IMG/VR virus record: IMGVR_UViG_3300016674_000136
Coordinates: 1-34,106 of that record
Direction: 5' to 3' (one strand)
DNA from: a virus
Taxonomy: Duplodnaviria; Caudoviricetes
Length of the DNA: 34,106 nt
Shown here: piece after piece, positions 1 through 9,677 of the stretch
How the letters are laid out: every line of letters begins with the position of its first letter
Position numbering within the stretch: position 1 is the first letter of the stretch
Program-made: the position numbers and the translations under genes
The notes under the pieces: generated by a model
Seen by the model: the letters and a program-made list of their open reading frames with translations, nothing else
Told to the model about the DNA's origin: nothing
Database searches by the model: none

Positions 1-1259
1 GCGGTTGTGGAGGTTGCGTATAGAACGCCACCCGCCGCAGCGAACGTGCCGAAACTCTTTCCATCGACGGAACCCGCATCTCCCGAGATGGAGCCCTGGA
101 TCGTGCTGCTGAAGGTCTTGACGCCACTGATGGTCTGAGCGGAGTCAAGATCGACCATCGTCTTTGTTGCGGAACCCGTGCCGACCTTCAGCGTCTTTGT
201 CGCGCTATCCCATGTCAGGTCGCCGTCAGTTGTAGGCGCGGCAAGGTCACGCAGGGTGATTGTTGCGCCTGCAACCGTGCCGCCGCTGAACGTCTTGTTC
301 GTGAGCGTTTGGGCGCTGTCCGTGTTGACCTGAATCTTGGAGCCGCTTGACGTACCAAGGATCAGAAGATCGTCGTCGCTATCCCACTCCAGACGACCTT
401 CAGCCGTCGGTGCGGCCGTCGTGGATTGAACCAGCGTGATTGCAGTGCCGGAAATAGCACCACCCGTGACTGCAACGTTGTTCGCAGCCTGCGTGCCGAG
501 CGTTCCGATGCCCAGGTTCGTGCGAGCCGTTGCCGCGTCGGTTGCTCCAGTGCCACCGTAGGCCACCGCAATCGCAGTGCCGTTCCAGGCGTTACCCGAG
601 CCGAACGTCTTGTTCGTGATGGTCTGGGTGTTGTCGGTATTGACAACGGTCTTCGTCGCAGTGCCAGTACCGATCTTCAGCTCGTCGCCGTCCGTGTCCC
701 ACTCCATTCGACCTTCGGCTGTTGGAGCTGCGGTCGTGGATTGAACCAGCGTCAGAGCTGTTCCGCTGATTGCGCCGCCAGTGATCGTTACGTTGGATGA
801 CGCTTGAGTGGCAATTGAACCGAGAGCGGCTGTCGAAACAGCCGTGATCAGACCCTTGCCGTTGACGGTGATAACTGGAACCGCAGAAGCGGAACCGAAA
901 GAGCCCGTGTTGGAGTTGACGGTGGCCAGTGTTGCGGCGAACGAGATGTTGCCCGAGCCGGTCCAGGCTGCGGAGGTTCCTGTTACGTCACCCGTGAGCG
1001 CAATGGTTCGCCCGGTCGCCCAGGCGTTTGCCGTCGCTGCGTTGATTGAGTAGGTGGCCGCCAGGTCTGCCCAGGCGGTGCCGTTGTACTTCTCCCACTT
1101 GGTCGAAGCCGAGTTCCAACGAATCGAGTTCGTCTTCGGGTTCGTCAGCGTCGTAACGGCCGGATCAAGGCCATACGCAAGGTCATTCAGCCGGCCATCA
1201 AGTTCGGCTGTGTAATTTGCGTATGCTGAAGCGGTTGTGGGTAGAGACCAGTTTGCCAT
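1..1259 (-). CDS. Tail fibre protein, truncated at the window edge and absent from the ORF track
   Basis: My manual translation from ATG 1259 (MANWSLPTTASAYANYTAELDGRLND...) stays open to position 1. It is Thr/Ala/Gly-rich, contains the fibre-type motif VAYGGTGATDAATARTNLG and three ~50 aa internal repeats, and lies directly downstream of J. Confidence 0.8.
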   Translation of the reverse strand, partial: MANWSLPTTASAYANYTAELDGRLNDLAYGLDPAVTTLTNPKTNSIRWNSASTKWEKYNGTAWADLAATYSINAATANAWATGRTIALTGDVTGTSAAWTGSGNISFAATLATVNSNTGSFGSASAVPVITVNGKGLITAVSTAALGSIATQASSNVTITGGAISGTALTLVQSTTAAPTAEGRMEWDTDGDELKIGTGTATKTVVNTDNTQTITNKTFGSGNAWNGTAIAVAYGGTGATDAATARTNLGIGTLGTQAANNVAVTGGAISGTAITLVQSTTAAPTAEGRLEWDSDDDLLILGTSSGSKIQVNTDSAQTLTNKTFSGGTVAGATITLRDLAAPTTDGDLTWDSATKTLKVGTGSATKTMVDLDSAQTISGVKTFSSTIQGSISGDAGSVDGKSFGTFAAAGGVLYATSTT

Positions 1260-1304
1260 GTTTCACTCTCAATTGCTGGATTATCCGTCATTCGTGACTT
1301 AGCA

Positions 1305-4300
1305 TCAATAGCCCTTGACGGACCAAGAGAAGCTACCGCCGACTCGGTTGCCCGAGGCGTCATACAGCAGAACCTTGAAGCCAGCAGGGTTGGCAACGTC
1401 AGTGAAGTCAAACAAGCCGTACCGAGCCGACGATCCAGCAGCGACCGAAATGTCGATAGCTGCAATGTCGATGAATGAGTTCTCCGGACGAACCATCGTT
1501 CCCGCGCCGTCCGGAACCCGGTTGCCTGACGCGTTGAGCGGGTTAGGTGTGGACACGCCATTCACCGTTGCGGTCGTTCCGGAAACAGAGTCCGTTGCCG
1601 AGGCCATTCCCATACCAGCCTCGTTGCGAATCTTCGCGTCCAGCTTCACGTTGAGCTTCGTCAGGCGATACAGGGAGGTCTGATCACCGGAAACGTTGAA
1701 CCGAATCTTCGCGTACCGGAAGCTGCTGACGAACACCGACGAAACGTTCGTGTACGTTGTCCAAGCATCACCCGAGTTCAGCTTGACGCTGATTTCAATG
1801 GACACGACCGGGGTGCCCGAAATCACAGAGCCTGTCGGCGTCACGGTGATCTTCGTTCCGCCCAGCGGAGTTCCGTAGTCAATCGTCTCTTCGTAGTAGC
1901 CAGGGCTGAGCGCGGGCTGAATGAAGATCGGATAGCCGGCATTCACCTGATCCTGCGGCGTTGCCCAGCTACGGGTCGTGAAGTGCTGCGCCTGAGTCTC
2001 GGTCGTGTTCACCGGAAGCACGTAGCTGCCATCAACGTCCGTCACAGTGTTGGAGAAGACGCCGAGCGGCGTGATGATCCCGGCGTCGATCAGATCGTTA
2101 TCCGCACGAAGCACGTAGTCGGGCGGCTGAGTGACCGTCACGGAGATGGCTCCAGGCGTCCCGACGTTTCCAGCAGAGTCGATTGCGGCCAGGAAGTAGG
2201 TGTAAACGCCTGCGGTCATTTCGAACACGGTTGTGAACCCGCCCGATTTCTGACCAATCGACACTGCCGTTTCCCAAGTAGCGCCACGACGCAGCTCGTA
2301 GGTCGTCACAGGCAGCGTGCCTGTCGATTGCGTCCAGTACAACAGCACGTTGTTGTCCACAACCTGAGAAGTCATGGACGGAGCTGTCGGTGCGCTGATG
2401 GTGAACGACTTCGAAACGGGTGTGCCTACGTTTCCATTAACGTCAATCGCAGCCACCCACCATGTCTGAGAGCCGACCCATTGGGCCTTGGTGGAGATAG
2501 TCGTGCCCTTGACGCGACCGAGAGTGGTTCCGCCCGCCCATGTGGCTCCATAGCGAACCTCGTACTCTTCAATCGGCAGAGAGGCTGTCGGCTCGGTCCA
2601 GGTCAACTTGAACTGGTCGAGAACGAACGTGCCGTCAACGGTTGGCGCTGTCGGCGCTGAAACCGTAACCGCTGCGCTACCTGCCGTGCCAACGTTGTTG
2701 TTCACATCGCGGGCGGCGATCCAGAACGTCCGAGAGCCTAGCCAGTCAATCGGTGCGCGATAGGCTGTCGAAAGCGTTGTCGCAACCAGCGTTCCTGCTG
2801 CAAAGGATGCGCCGTGACGAATCTCGTACTCTTTGATCGGCAGAGAGGCGGTCGGTGCGCTCCATGTCAGCTCCGCCTTCGCAACGACAATCGCAGCGTT
2901 CACGGAAGGAGCCGACGGCACGTTGATCGTGACGGCAACGCTCGCACTGGTGCCGAACTGCCCGTTGGTATCGACCGCAGTTACCCAGATGGTGCGAGAG
3001 CCTGTCCAAGTCACGGGGATCGAGATTGTCGTCGTGTTGGCCTTACCGATCAACGCACCGGATGACCAGACGCCGCCGTGACGAATGTCGTAGAAGGCAA
3101 CGGGAAGCGAACCGCCCGTTGCTGCCTGCCAGGACAGAGTGACAATGGCTTGAGATACTGTTGCAGCCAGGCTGGTGACTGCGGCGTACAGAGCATAGGT
3201 CGTGACCGTGCTGCCGGCCGTTCCAACGTTGTTCGCGGTATCGACCGCCGCCACCCAAAAGGTCTTGCCCGATGTCCAGTTGACTGGGATCGAGTACGAA
3301 CGGTCAGAAGTCGTGCCGATGACAGTGCCTGCGGCCCAGGAGCCACCCTCACGGACTTCGTAATGCTTGATCGGCAGCGATCCAGCGGTCGGTGCGGCCC
3401 AGGACAGAATCAGGTTTGTGTCCTTGAACTGGTGCGCGACCGAGACGGCTCCGGGGTTCGTGATTGTTGCGATGTAGCTACCTTCGGAAGCGCTCGCGTT
3501 GCCGTTTACGTCATAGGCTTTCACCCAGAACGTTGCCGAAGTCGTCCAGCTTACTTCCAGAGTCAGCGTGTTCGTGTACGCCTTTCCGACAACAGCTCCG
3601 GTCTCCCACGATGCGCCACGGCGAACTTCGTAGTAATCGATGGGCAGGCTCGTTTTCGCGTTCGACCACGAGAGAGTTGCCTGGCCCTGGTTGTAGGCGA
3701 TGGCAAAGCCGCTCGGTGTCGCGGGAGCTGTCACCGTCACGATGGAGCTGCCTGCGTTGCCAGTGTTGCCGTTCAGGTCTGTTGCCGCAACCCAGAAGGT
3801 GCGAGAGCCCAGCCAGCCGACCGGAATCGTCAGTGTGTTACCGCTGATTACGCCAACAGACGTGCCGCCTGCAAACGAGCTGCCGAAACGCACTTCATAG
3901 GAAGCTACGCCCAGAGTCGATGCGGGCTGACTCCAGGACAGAACAAGGTTCTGCCCATTGAAGGCAGAACTAACAGAGGGCGCACCGGGAACAGCGAACG
4001 GGACGGCCACGCTCGTAGGTGTACCGAGGTTGCCCGCGCTGTCAATTGGCGCAACCCAAAGTGTCTGTGCGCTCGTCCAGTTGACGCGAACGGTGTACGT
4101 GGTGTCGGTCGTCGTACCGATTGCGGTTGCTGTGGCCCATGTCGAGCCCCGACGAACCACGTATCCGGCAATCGGCAAAGACCCCGGTGTGGAAGCGGGC
4201 CATGTCAGGATCAGGTTGACCGACTTGTACTCATAGGTGGGCGTGATCGCCGAGGGCGCAACCGGAGTGATCGCAACGCTTGCCGGCGTACTCACGTTGC

Positions 4301-7300
4301 CGGCGATGTCTTTGGCGCGAACCCAGAACGTCCGGGAGCCCAGCCAGTTTGCTGCCAGTGAGTACGTTTCGGCCGTGACAATGGCCACCTTGGTGCCGGT
4401 GTCAAACGTCGCGCCATGACGAATTTCGTATTCTTGAATTGGGAACGAAGTCTTCGCGGAGTCCCAGGACAGGACGGCGTTTTGCTGCTGAAAGGCGCTC
4501 GTCACCACCAGAGTGGACGGGCTTGCAATCGTGACGGTTGCGCGACCTTCGGCCGCACTGTAGTTGTCCGATGTGTCAATTGCCTTGATCTGCCACTCAT
4601 GCGTGCCAACGGGCCCGAAGGGTGGCACCAAATAAGTCAAGTTCTTTGTCTGAACTGTGAGCGTTGCGGCTGACCACGCCTGGCCAATTGTTGCGGACTT
4701 GCGAATCTCGTATGTCTTGATGTCCGGATCGGTAATGGCGATCCAGTCCAGCTTGACGCCCTGATCGGTAATGTTGGCGTAGAAAGTTGGAACGTTGCTC
4801 GGCGGCTTGAGCTTGCCCAGCACCGTGTAGGTTTCATCCACGGTTTCGGAGCGCTTACCCAGCGGGTTGATGCCGGTGACGCGAACCTCGTAGATGGAGC
4901 CCTTCTTCACCGAGTCCAGTTCAAACGACAGGTTGTCCGTAACCCGTGTCTTGACCCAGTTCGATGTCAGGCCGTTGTAGGTGTGGCGGTACTCCAGATC
5001 GTAGGTGTGCGAGTCGCCCTGCCAAGTGATCAGCAGGCGAATTGCGGTGACGCCCGGAGCGCTCAGGTACGTCTCCTCGCTGATCTTCAGCAGCTTTGGC
5101 GTCTGCACGAAGTCGGGAGAGATGATGCTCGTCGGGCGCTCCACAAGCGTCAGGCCGTTCTCAATGGCTCCGTACTTTGTGGAGTTGTGCTCCAACGCCG
5201 TAATTTCGAACTCGCCGGGCTTCTGACTCTGCGCAACGCTCAGCACGCGGGCTGTGACGGGAGCCAGGTTGGGCTCCGTGATCATCCACATTGCGCCATC
5301 GACGGGCAGAGTTGACAGAACGTCACCCCAACTGACGACCGAGTAGGTTCCAGCGGCTTGATACAGGCTTCGGTCCACAAAAGTCCCGTCCGGCATCATG
5401 ATTGAAATGGTCGCCGGTGCCGTGGTGATCGTGATGGGCGAATCCAACTCCGCAGTGTTCACTCCGCATGATTTGAGTCGTCCGGCGAGACGCTTTCCTG
5501 CGCGGTTTGGGTCTTGAACCTTGATGGTGTTGCCGGGACGAACAAAGGCTGAATCGATGCCCACCTTAAAGGTGATGAAGTCCGATTCATACTTCTCGGT
5601 GTAGAGAATCCAGCGCCCCACACGAGCCGCTTGGCCGCGACTCGTGCAGCCGAACGCCAGGGTGTCCAGCTTACGAATGCCGTACTGAGTGATCAGCTCC
5701 GCATCTTCGACATACTCGATCTTCTGGCGGTAGAAGTCTTCAGGGTCGTTCCATGTTACATGAACGACGCTGTGGCGATCCTTGCGGGCGCTGCCGGTGT
5801 AGTTGAACTGCCCGTCGATGACGTTCGCCGGGCCGTAGAGCATCGTGGCGTCGGAAGGTGAGTCCTGGGTGAAGTTCACCATTCCACCATCCCAATAGGC
5901 CATGCCGCGCAGGGCCGATGTGATGTCTGTCACCAACTTGTAGGCTTCAGCCTGCCCTGCGATCACAGTGTTGATCGTGAAGCGAGGCTCAGTGCCACCG
6001 AAACCATTGGGAACCAACTGGTCGCAGTATTTGCCGATGGTGTACAGAGCCGCCTTGTCGATCTGCGTTTCGCTGATGTAGTTGCCCAGACCGTAACGGG
6101 TGTTCGTCAGAACGTCAAAGAGAATCCAGGCAGGATTGTCCGTCACGGCGTACTGAAACGTTCCATTCCAAACACCAGAGTACACGCGCGTGTCCGCGTT
6201 GTAGTTGCTCGGCACGCGGACGCGAAGACCCTTCACCAGATAGGCGCGAGTCGGGACGCTGCTGAACTGCTCCGAATCGATCCGCAATCCGAAGATCGCA
6301 GAGTTCGGGTAGCTCAGATTCATCGAAACAATTTCGTTGTAGGCGTCAACGTACAGGTCGTTGTTCAGGTAGATGGACGACGAGTCGGCCGTGATTCGCG
6401 TCACGCGAAAGCTGACAGTCGAAGCGCCGGAGGGAACCGAAAGCAGATGTGCGCGCTGATACTTGGAACGCGTCTTGCCCGACATCGTGATCGTCGGTGT
6501 CGGCACGAGGCTCTGAAACGATGTCTGCTCGATGCCAATTGAGCCAGAAGGGTAACTTCCGTACTTGTCACTGATGAAGCTGGTTACATTTTGGGAAACG
6601 ATTACAAAACGAACTTTAGCCTGTGACGAGCGAACCGTTGCAGTCCCGCGAGTCCCATAGCTGTAACCGCCGCCACCATACTCACTGTCCGTGTAGCTGT
6701 AGCTGATCGGAAGAACTTGAGCCGAGCCGAGGTTCGACCAAGTTGAGCCGTTAAACTCCTGCGGCTGAACTGTAATCGTGCCGCTCACGTAGTTGCCGCT
6801 TGCCAGAACAGGGCGAACTTGAGTTTCAAACTGAACCGCATTAGCCGGTTTTGTTGCAGTCAGGTGCCCACCCTCAATGGCCCAGGCTGTACTGTTAACC
6901 CACACATATGCGGCATCGACATCCGTGTACGCGCCACCGTTGACGGACATCGAGAATTTGTACTGGATTGTGGCACCGTAGGTGTCACCAGTGTCGGAGT
7001 TCGTTGACAGCAGGCCCGGCGTCGAGACGATCACACGAACCTTATCTGTCTCGGGATTGGATATGGTGAATGTGTAGGGCGTCGCTTGCTTGACCTGAAC
7101 GTTGGCTTCGTAGGGTGTTTCTGTGAAGTTGCCGAAACCGGCCATGACTGATTGAGAATTGAAACCCGTTCGCCAATCCGCTTGCACGCCCTTGAAGTTG
7201 TACGTGCCATTAGCGTTCTGAATCGGCGTCTCATTCAGGTACACCGATTTCAGGCCATCAACCAGGCCACCAATCTCACCCTCGCCAAGCAGATCGAGGA

Positions 7301-7349
7301 TGGACAGAACCGCACGGGAGCGAAGTGAGTCGCGGGCTTCAGTGGCCAT
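1305..7349 (-). CDS. Tail tip/central fibre protein (lambda gpJ-like) with about 11 FN3-like repeats
   Basis: Contains J-type motifs DLLGEGEIGGL, YPNSAIFGLRIDSEQF, TDNPAWILFD and AFGCTSRGQAARVGRWIL. It follows the L/K/I genes and shares a TAATG overlap with the upstream gene. Confidence 0.93.
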   Translation of the reverse strand: MATEARDSLRSRAVLSILDLLGEGEIGGLVDGLKSVYLNETPIQNANGTYNFKGVQADWRTGFNSQSVMAGFGNFTETPYEANVQVKQATPYTFTISNPETDKVRVIVSTPGLLSTNSDTGDTYGATIQYKFSMSVNGGAYTDVDAAYVWVNSTAWAIEGGHLTATKPANAVQFETQVRPVLASGNYVSGTITVQPQEFNGSTWSNLGSAQVLPISYSYTDSEYGGGGYSYGTRGTATVRSSQAKVRFVIVSQNVTSFISDKYGSYPSGSIGIEQTSFQSLVPTPTITMSGKTRSKYQRAHLLSVPSGASTVSFRVTRITADSSSIYLNNDLYVDAYNEIVSMNLSYPNSAIFGLRIDSEQFSSVPTRAYLVKGLRVRVPSNYNADTRVYSGVWNGTFQYAVTDNPAWILFDVLTNTRYGLGNYISETQIDKAALYTIGKYCDQLVPNGFGGTEPRFTINTVIAGQAEAYKLVTDITSALRGMAYWDGGMVNFTQDSPSDATMLYGPANVIDGQFNYTGSARKDRHSVVHVTWNDPEDFYRQKIEYVEDAELITQYGIRKLDTLAFGCTSRGQAARVGRWILYTEKYESDFITFKVGIDSAFVRPGNTIKVQDPNRAGKRLAGRLKSCGVNTAELDSPITITTAPATISIMMPDGTFVDRSLYQAAGTYSVVSWGDVLSTLPVDGAMWMITEPNLAPVTARVLSVAQSQKPGEFEITALEHNSTKYGAIENGLTLVERPTSIISPDFVQTPKLLKISEETYLSAPGVTAIRLLITWQGDSHTYDLEYRHTYNGLTSNWVKTRVTDNLSFELDSVKKGSIYEVRVTGINPLGKRSETVDETYTVLGKLKPPSNVPTFYANITDQGVKLDWIAITDPDIKTYEIRKSATIGQAWSAATLTVQTKNLTYLVPPFGPVGTHEWQIKAIDTSDNYSAAEGRATVTIASPSTLVVTSAFQQQNAVLSWDSAKTSFPIQEYEIRHGATFDTGTKVAIVTAETYSLAANWLGSRTFWVRAKDIAGNVSTPASVAITPVAPSAITPTYEYKSVNLILTWPASTPGSLPIAGYVVRRGSTWATATAIGTTTDTTYTVRVNWTSAQTLWVAPIDSAGNLGTPTSVAVPFAVPGAPSVSSAFNGQNLVLSWSQPASTLGVASYEVRFGSSFAGGTSVGVISGNTLTIPVGWLGSRTFWVAATDLNGNTGNAGSSIVTVTAPATPSGFAIAYNQGQATLSWSNAKTSLPIDYYEVRRGASWETGAVVGKAYTNTLTLEVSWTTSATFWVKAYDVNGNASASEGSYIATITNPGAVSVAHQFKDTNLILSWAAPTAGSLPIKHYEVREGGSWAAGTVIGTTSDRSYSIPVNWTSGKTFWVAAVDTANNVGTAGSTVTTYALYAAVTSLAATVSQAIVTLSWQAATGGSLPVAFYDIRHGGVWSSGALIGKANTTTISIPVTWTGSRTIWVTAVDTNGQFGTSASVAVTINVPSAPSVNAAIVVAKAELTWSAPTASLPIKEYEIRHGASFAAGTLVATTLSTAYRAPIDWLGSRTFWIAARDVNNNVGTAGSAAVTVSAPTAPTVDGTFVLDQFKLTWTEPTASLPIEEYEVRYGATWAGGTTLGRVKGTTISTKAQWVGSQTWWVAAIDVNGNVGTPVSKSFTISAPTAPSMTSQVVDNNVLLYWTQSTGTLPVTTYELRRGATWETAVSIGQKSGGFTTVFEMTAGVYTYFLAAIDSAGNVGTPGAISVTVTQPPDYVLRADNDLIDAGIITPLGVFSNTVTDVDGSYVLPVNTTETQAQHFTTRSWATPQDQVNAGYPIFIQPALSPGYYEETIDYGTPLGGTKITVTPTGSVISGTPVVSIEISVKLNSGDAWTTYTNVSSVFVSSFRYAKIRFNVSGDQTSLYRLTKLNVKLDAKIRNEAGMGMASATDSVSGTTATVNGVSTPNPLNASGNRVPDGAGTMVRPENSFIDIAAIDISVAAGSSARYGLFDFTDVANPAGFKVLLYDASGNRVGGSFSWSVKGY

Positions 7350-7924
7350 TACACAGAAATCTCGTCAATGGAAATGGATGCGGAGATGGGCTGAGAACCC
7401 ACCAACACTCGTTTGCCGTAAATCAGCGGGACCGGGTTGCCCTGGCGCTGCGTGTTCACTGGCCCGTTGAAGTAGTAGGACTCTGAGCTTCCGCTGTCGT
7501 CCTGGTTGCGTGTCTTCGGACGCGGGCTGAGCAGCTCCACAACGCCCGACATGAACATCGCGGCACCGAACTTGAACAGGTACGGGTTGCCGAACACGAA
7601 GCCTGCAACCATCGCCACCACGCCGACGATGGCACGAACAATACCGGACGCGCCCTGAACGATTGGTTCGAAAATGATTTCCTTCAAACCGTCCCGAAGC
7701 ATCGGGTAGTCCTTGTCACACAAGTCTTCCTCGCGGTCGTCGGCATAGACCACGGTGACGCGGTAGTGGGCGTAAGTCTCGGCGTTGTTTGCAATCCAGG
7801 CTTCGACACCGGGTTCGTTCGCCTCGATCAGACGCAGGGCTTCAGCGGGACTGGAAACTGCAAGCTCCCACTCCTCACCAAACTTTTTGCCCATCACGCC
7901 TTTGAGGCGAACTTTTGTCAACAT
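7349..7924 (-). CDS. Tail assembly protein I-like
   Basis: N-terminus VRLKGVMGKKFG...SPAEALRLI, a hydrophobic middle segment, and C-terminus SYYFNGPVNTQRQGNPVPLIYG. Located between K and J. Confidence 0.88.
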   Translation of the reverse strand: MLTKVRLKGVMGKKFGEEWELAVSSPAEALRLIEANEPGVEAWIANNAETYAHYRVTVVYADDREEDLCDKDYPMLRDGLKEIIFEPIVQGASGIVRAIVGVVAMVAGFVFGNPYLFKFGAAMFMSGVVELLSPRPKTRNQDDSGSSESYYFNGPVNTQRQGNPVPLIYGKRVLVGSQPISASISIDEISV

Positions 7925-8775
7925 CGTGATTTGTGCCGAAGGTGGTGTGTCATTTCTGACAGCCAGATGTGTCCACAGGTTTCTCGCCTGGATAGGCGAT
8001 TCAGTAAGTGGTGAAGGATTATATCATTGCCTATGTAGATGGCAACATGGTTCGGCTGCTGTGATCCCATCGCAAACAGCAGTACGTCACCCTCGTTGTA
8101 CGTGCCGTCCGTGACCTCGACAAACCCTTCTTTTTCAAAGTATTCCGCGAAGTAGTTCTTGCCAGCCCACCACTCCGGTGTCCGAAGTTCCGGGTACTGC
8201 GTCAGCTTGATTTCGTACTCCCGCTGAAAGTAGTCCGTCAGCAGTGAGTAGCAGTCAAACACGCCAAAGACGTAGGGACGTTCGGTGTACGGCATTTCGA
8301 ACCCCGAAGGTTCGATCAGGTTCGGGCCCGCGTGAGTAAAGCTGGCATCATTCTTGCTTAGCGCTGAAACGAGCCAGGGGATCGCCGTTGCTTCGCACCC
8401 TGCCCTGTCTGCATCTGACGCAAATGGCACGCCCTCGGGGTGCGAATGCCAGATCGCAATTACTTCGCCCAGCTTTTCCGCTTCTGCGTAGTCACTGCGA
8501 TTGAGTAGGAAGAAATGCTTCGGGTCGAGCGCGTCATTTCGGCACGGAACGAATCGAGCCCGCTTGCCCACCTTGACGATGACGCCGCACGCTTCGTTTG
8601 GATACCGAGCTTCAGCTTCAGCCTTAAAGGCTTCAGTCAGGTCAGATGCGAACAGCGCCTGGGAAGCCGCCGAATCGCACAGCTTGGCCAACTGTTGCGA
8701 AGCGTACTCGGCAGGCGGTAATGGTTTTTGAACACTTGTCGCCTGCGGCGTTTGTTGGGTTGTTGTTTGCGTCAT
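7918..8775 (-). CDS. Tail assembly protein K-like (JAB/MPN + NlpC/P60); start uncertain
   Basis: JAMM motif EACG...HSHP...SDAD and NlpC/P60 residues FDCY...NHVAIY...LHH. The nearest in-frame ATG (8775) lies inside gene L. Confidence 0.88.
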   Translation of the reverse strand: MTQTTTQQTPQATSVQKPLPPAEYASQQLAKLCDSAASQALFASDLTEAFKAEAEARYPNEACGVIVKVGKRARFVPCRNDALDPKHFFLLNRSDYAEAEKLGEVIAIWHSHPEGVPFASDADRAGCEATAIPWLVSALSKNDASFTHAGPNLIEPSGFEMPYTERPYVFGVFDCYSLLTDYFQREYEIKLTQYPELRTPEWWAGKNYFAEYFEKEGFVEVTDGTYNEGDVLLFAMGSQQPNHVAIYIGNDIILHHLLNRLSRRETCGHIWLSEMTHHLRHKSRC

Positions 8776-9334
8776 AGTAGCCACCACTCCATCCACACTC
8801 GGTCCCTCGGTACTTCCACGGGCAGGAGTTCTGAATCACCTGACGGTGCGGCAGCATGACGCCCTGTACGTCGAAGGCCGACGACAGTTCGAACTCGATC
8901 ACGTAGCGGTTCTCCGAGAGCTTTTGCTCCACGTACCACGTTTCGTCGGGCATGTACTGGTTCGGATCGGCCGTCGGGTTCACACCGCCCGGAAAGTTCA
9001 CCGCGTCCAGATACTTGGCAAATGTGCGCTTGCGCGTGACCTTGCAGCCCACGAAGTCGTTGAAGTTCTTCACCGAGGCTGACAGCAGGCCGCCGACGTT
9101 GGCCACGCGAATCTTCGGGCGAGGTTGGGAGCCGCGAGCTGTCAGGTCGAACCCTTCAGCCTGGATCGGCATCGGCTCATACGTGTTGCCCTGCCACACG
9201 ACAGGCTGATGAAGCCCGTTGGTGCCGGCGTGGAACCGAGTGATCGACCCGCCGGGCAGGTTCGTCGTGTCAAGGATGAAGAACTCCAGCAGCGCTGTAT
9301 GCTCCAGCGATTGAATGTCAGCCTTAATCGTCAT
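8642..9334 (-). CDS. Minor tail protein L-like
   Basis: Motifs VVWQGNTYEPMPIQAEGF and RKRTFAKYLDAVNF, plus the four-Cys C-terminus (CPWKYRGTECG...DKCSK...C...FGGFPG) typical of the Fe-S-binding gpL. Confidence 0.92.
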   Translation of the reverse strand: MTIKADIQSLEHTALLEFFILDTTNLPGGSITRFHAGTNGLHQPVVWQGNTYEPMPIQAEGFDLTARGSQPRPKIRVANVGGLLSASVKNFNDFVGCKVTRKRTFAKYLDAVNFPGGVNPTADPNQYMPDETWYVEQKLSENRYVIEFELSSAFDVQGVMLPHRQVIQNSCPWKYRGTECGWSGGYYDANNNPTNAAGDKCSKTITACRVRFATVGQAVRFGGFPGAVRI

Positions 9335-9663
9335 TCGGGCACTTCCTCAAAGTCCACGCTCAGCACCTGATGACCTTCGCGGCGCGTGAGCTTCCACTTG
9401 CGAGCCACGAAGACCTTCTCTTCGTTCAGTGGGGTCGTCCAGTTGAACGCCTCGACGGCGTTGCGGGCCCGCAGGAACGTCAGGATCGCCGGCGTCGATG
9501 CACTCGACGCGGTGAACTGAAGGTTCCACTTCTGAAGGTTGCTGTTGATCCCTTCAGGTGCGCGAACTTCGTAGCCGTCGCCGAACTTGGTCACGTTGAC
9601 CTTCGGCTCTTCGCTAAGCTGCGCCCCGTATTCGGGCTGCCATGTGAATGTTGTTGCTGCCAT
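9331..9663 (-). CDS. Minor tail protein M-like (distal tail)
   Basis: Motif KFGDGYEVRAPEGIN...FL...AFNWTTP...FEEV; located between tape measure and L. Confidence 0.9.
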   Translation of the reverse strand: MAATTFTWQPEYGAQLSEEPKVNVTKFGDGYEVRAPEGINSNLQKWNLQFTASSASTPAILTFLRARNAVEAFNWTTPLNEEKVFVARKWKLTRREGHQVLSVDFEEVPE

Positions 9664-9677
9664 AGCTTACTCGTGAC

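Noticed and set aside
1-7349. Diversity-generating retroelement or invertible fibre cassette
   Set aside because: I saw no reverse transcriptase, invertase or near-identical TR/VR pair; the repeats are diverged protein-level repeats.
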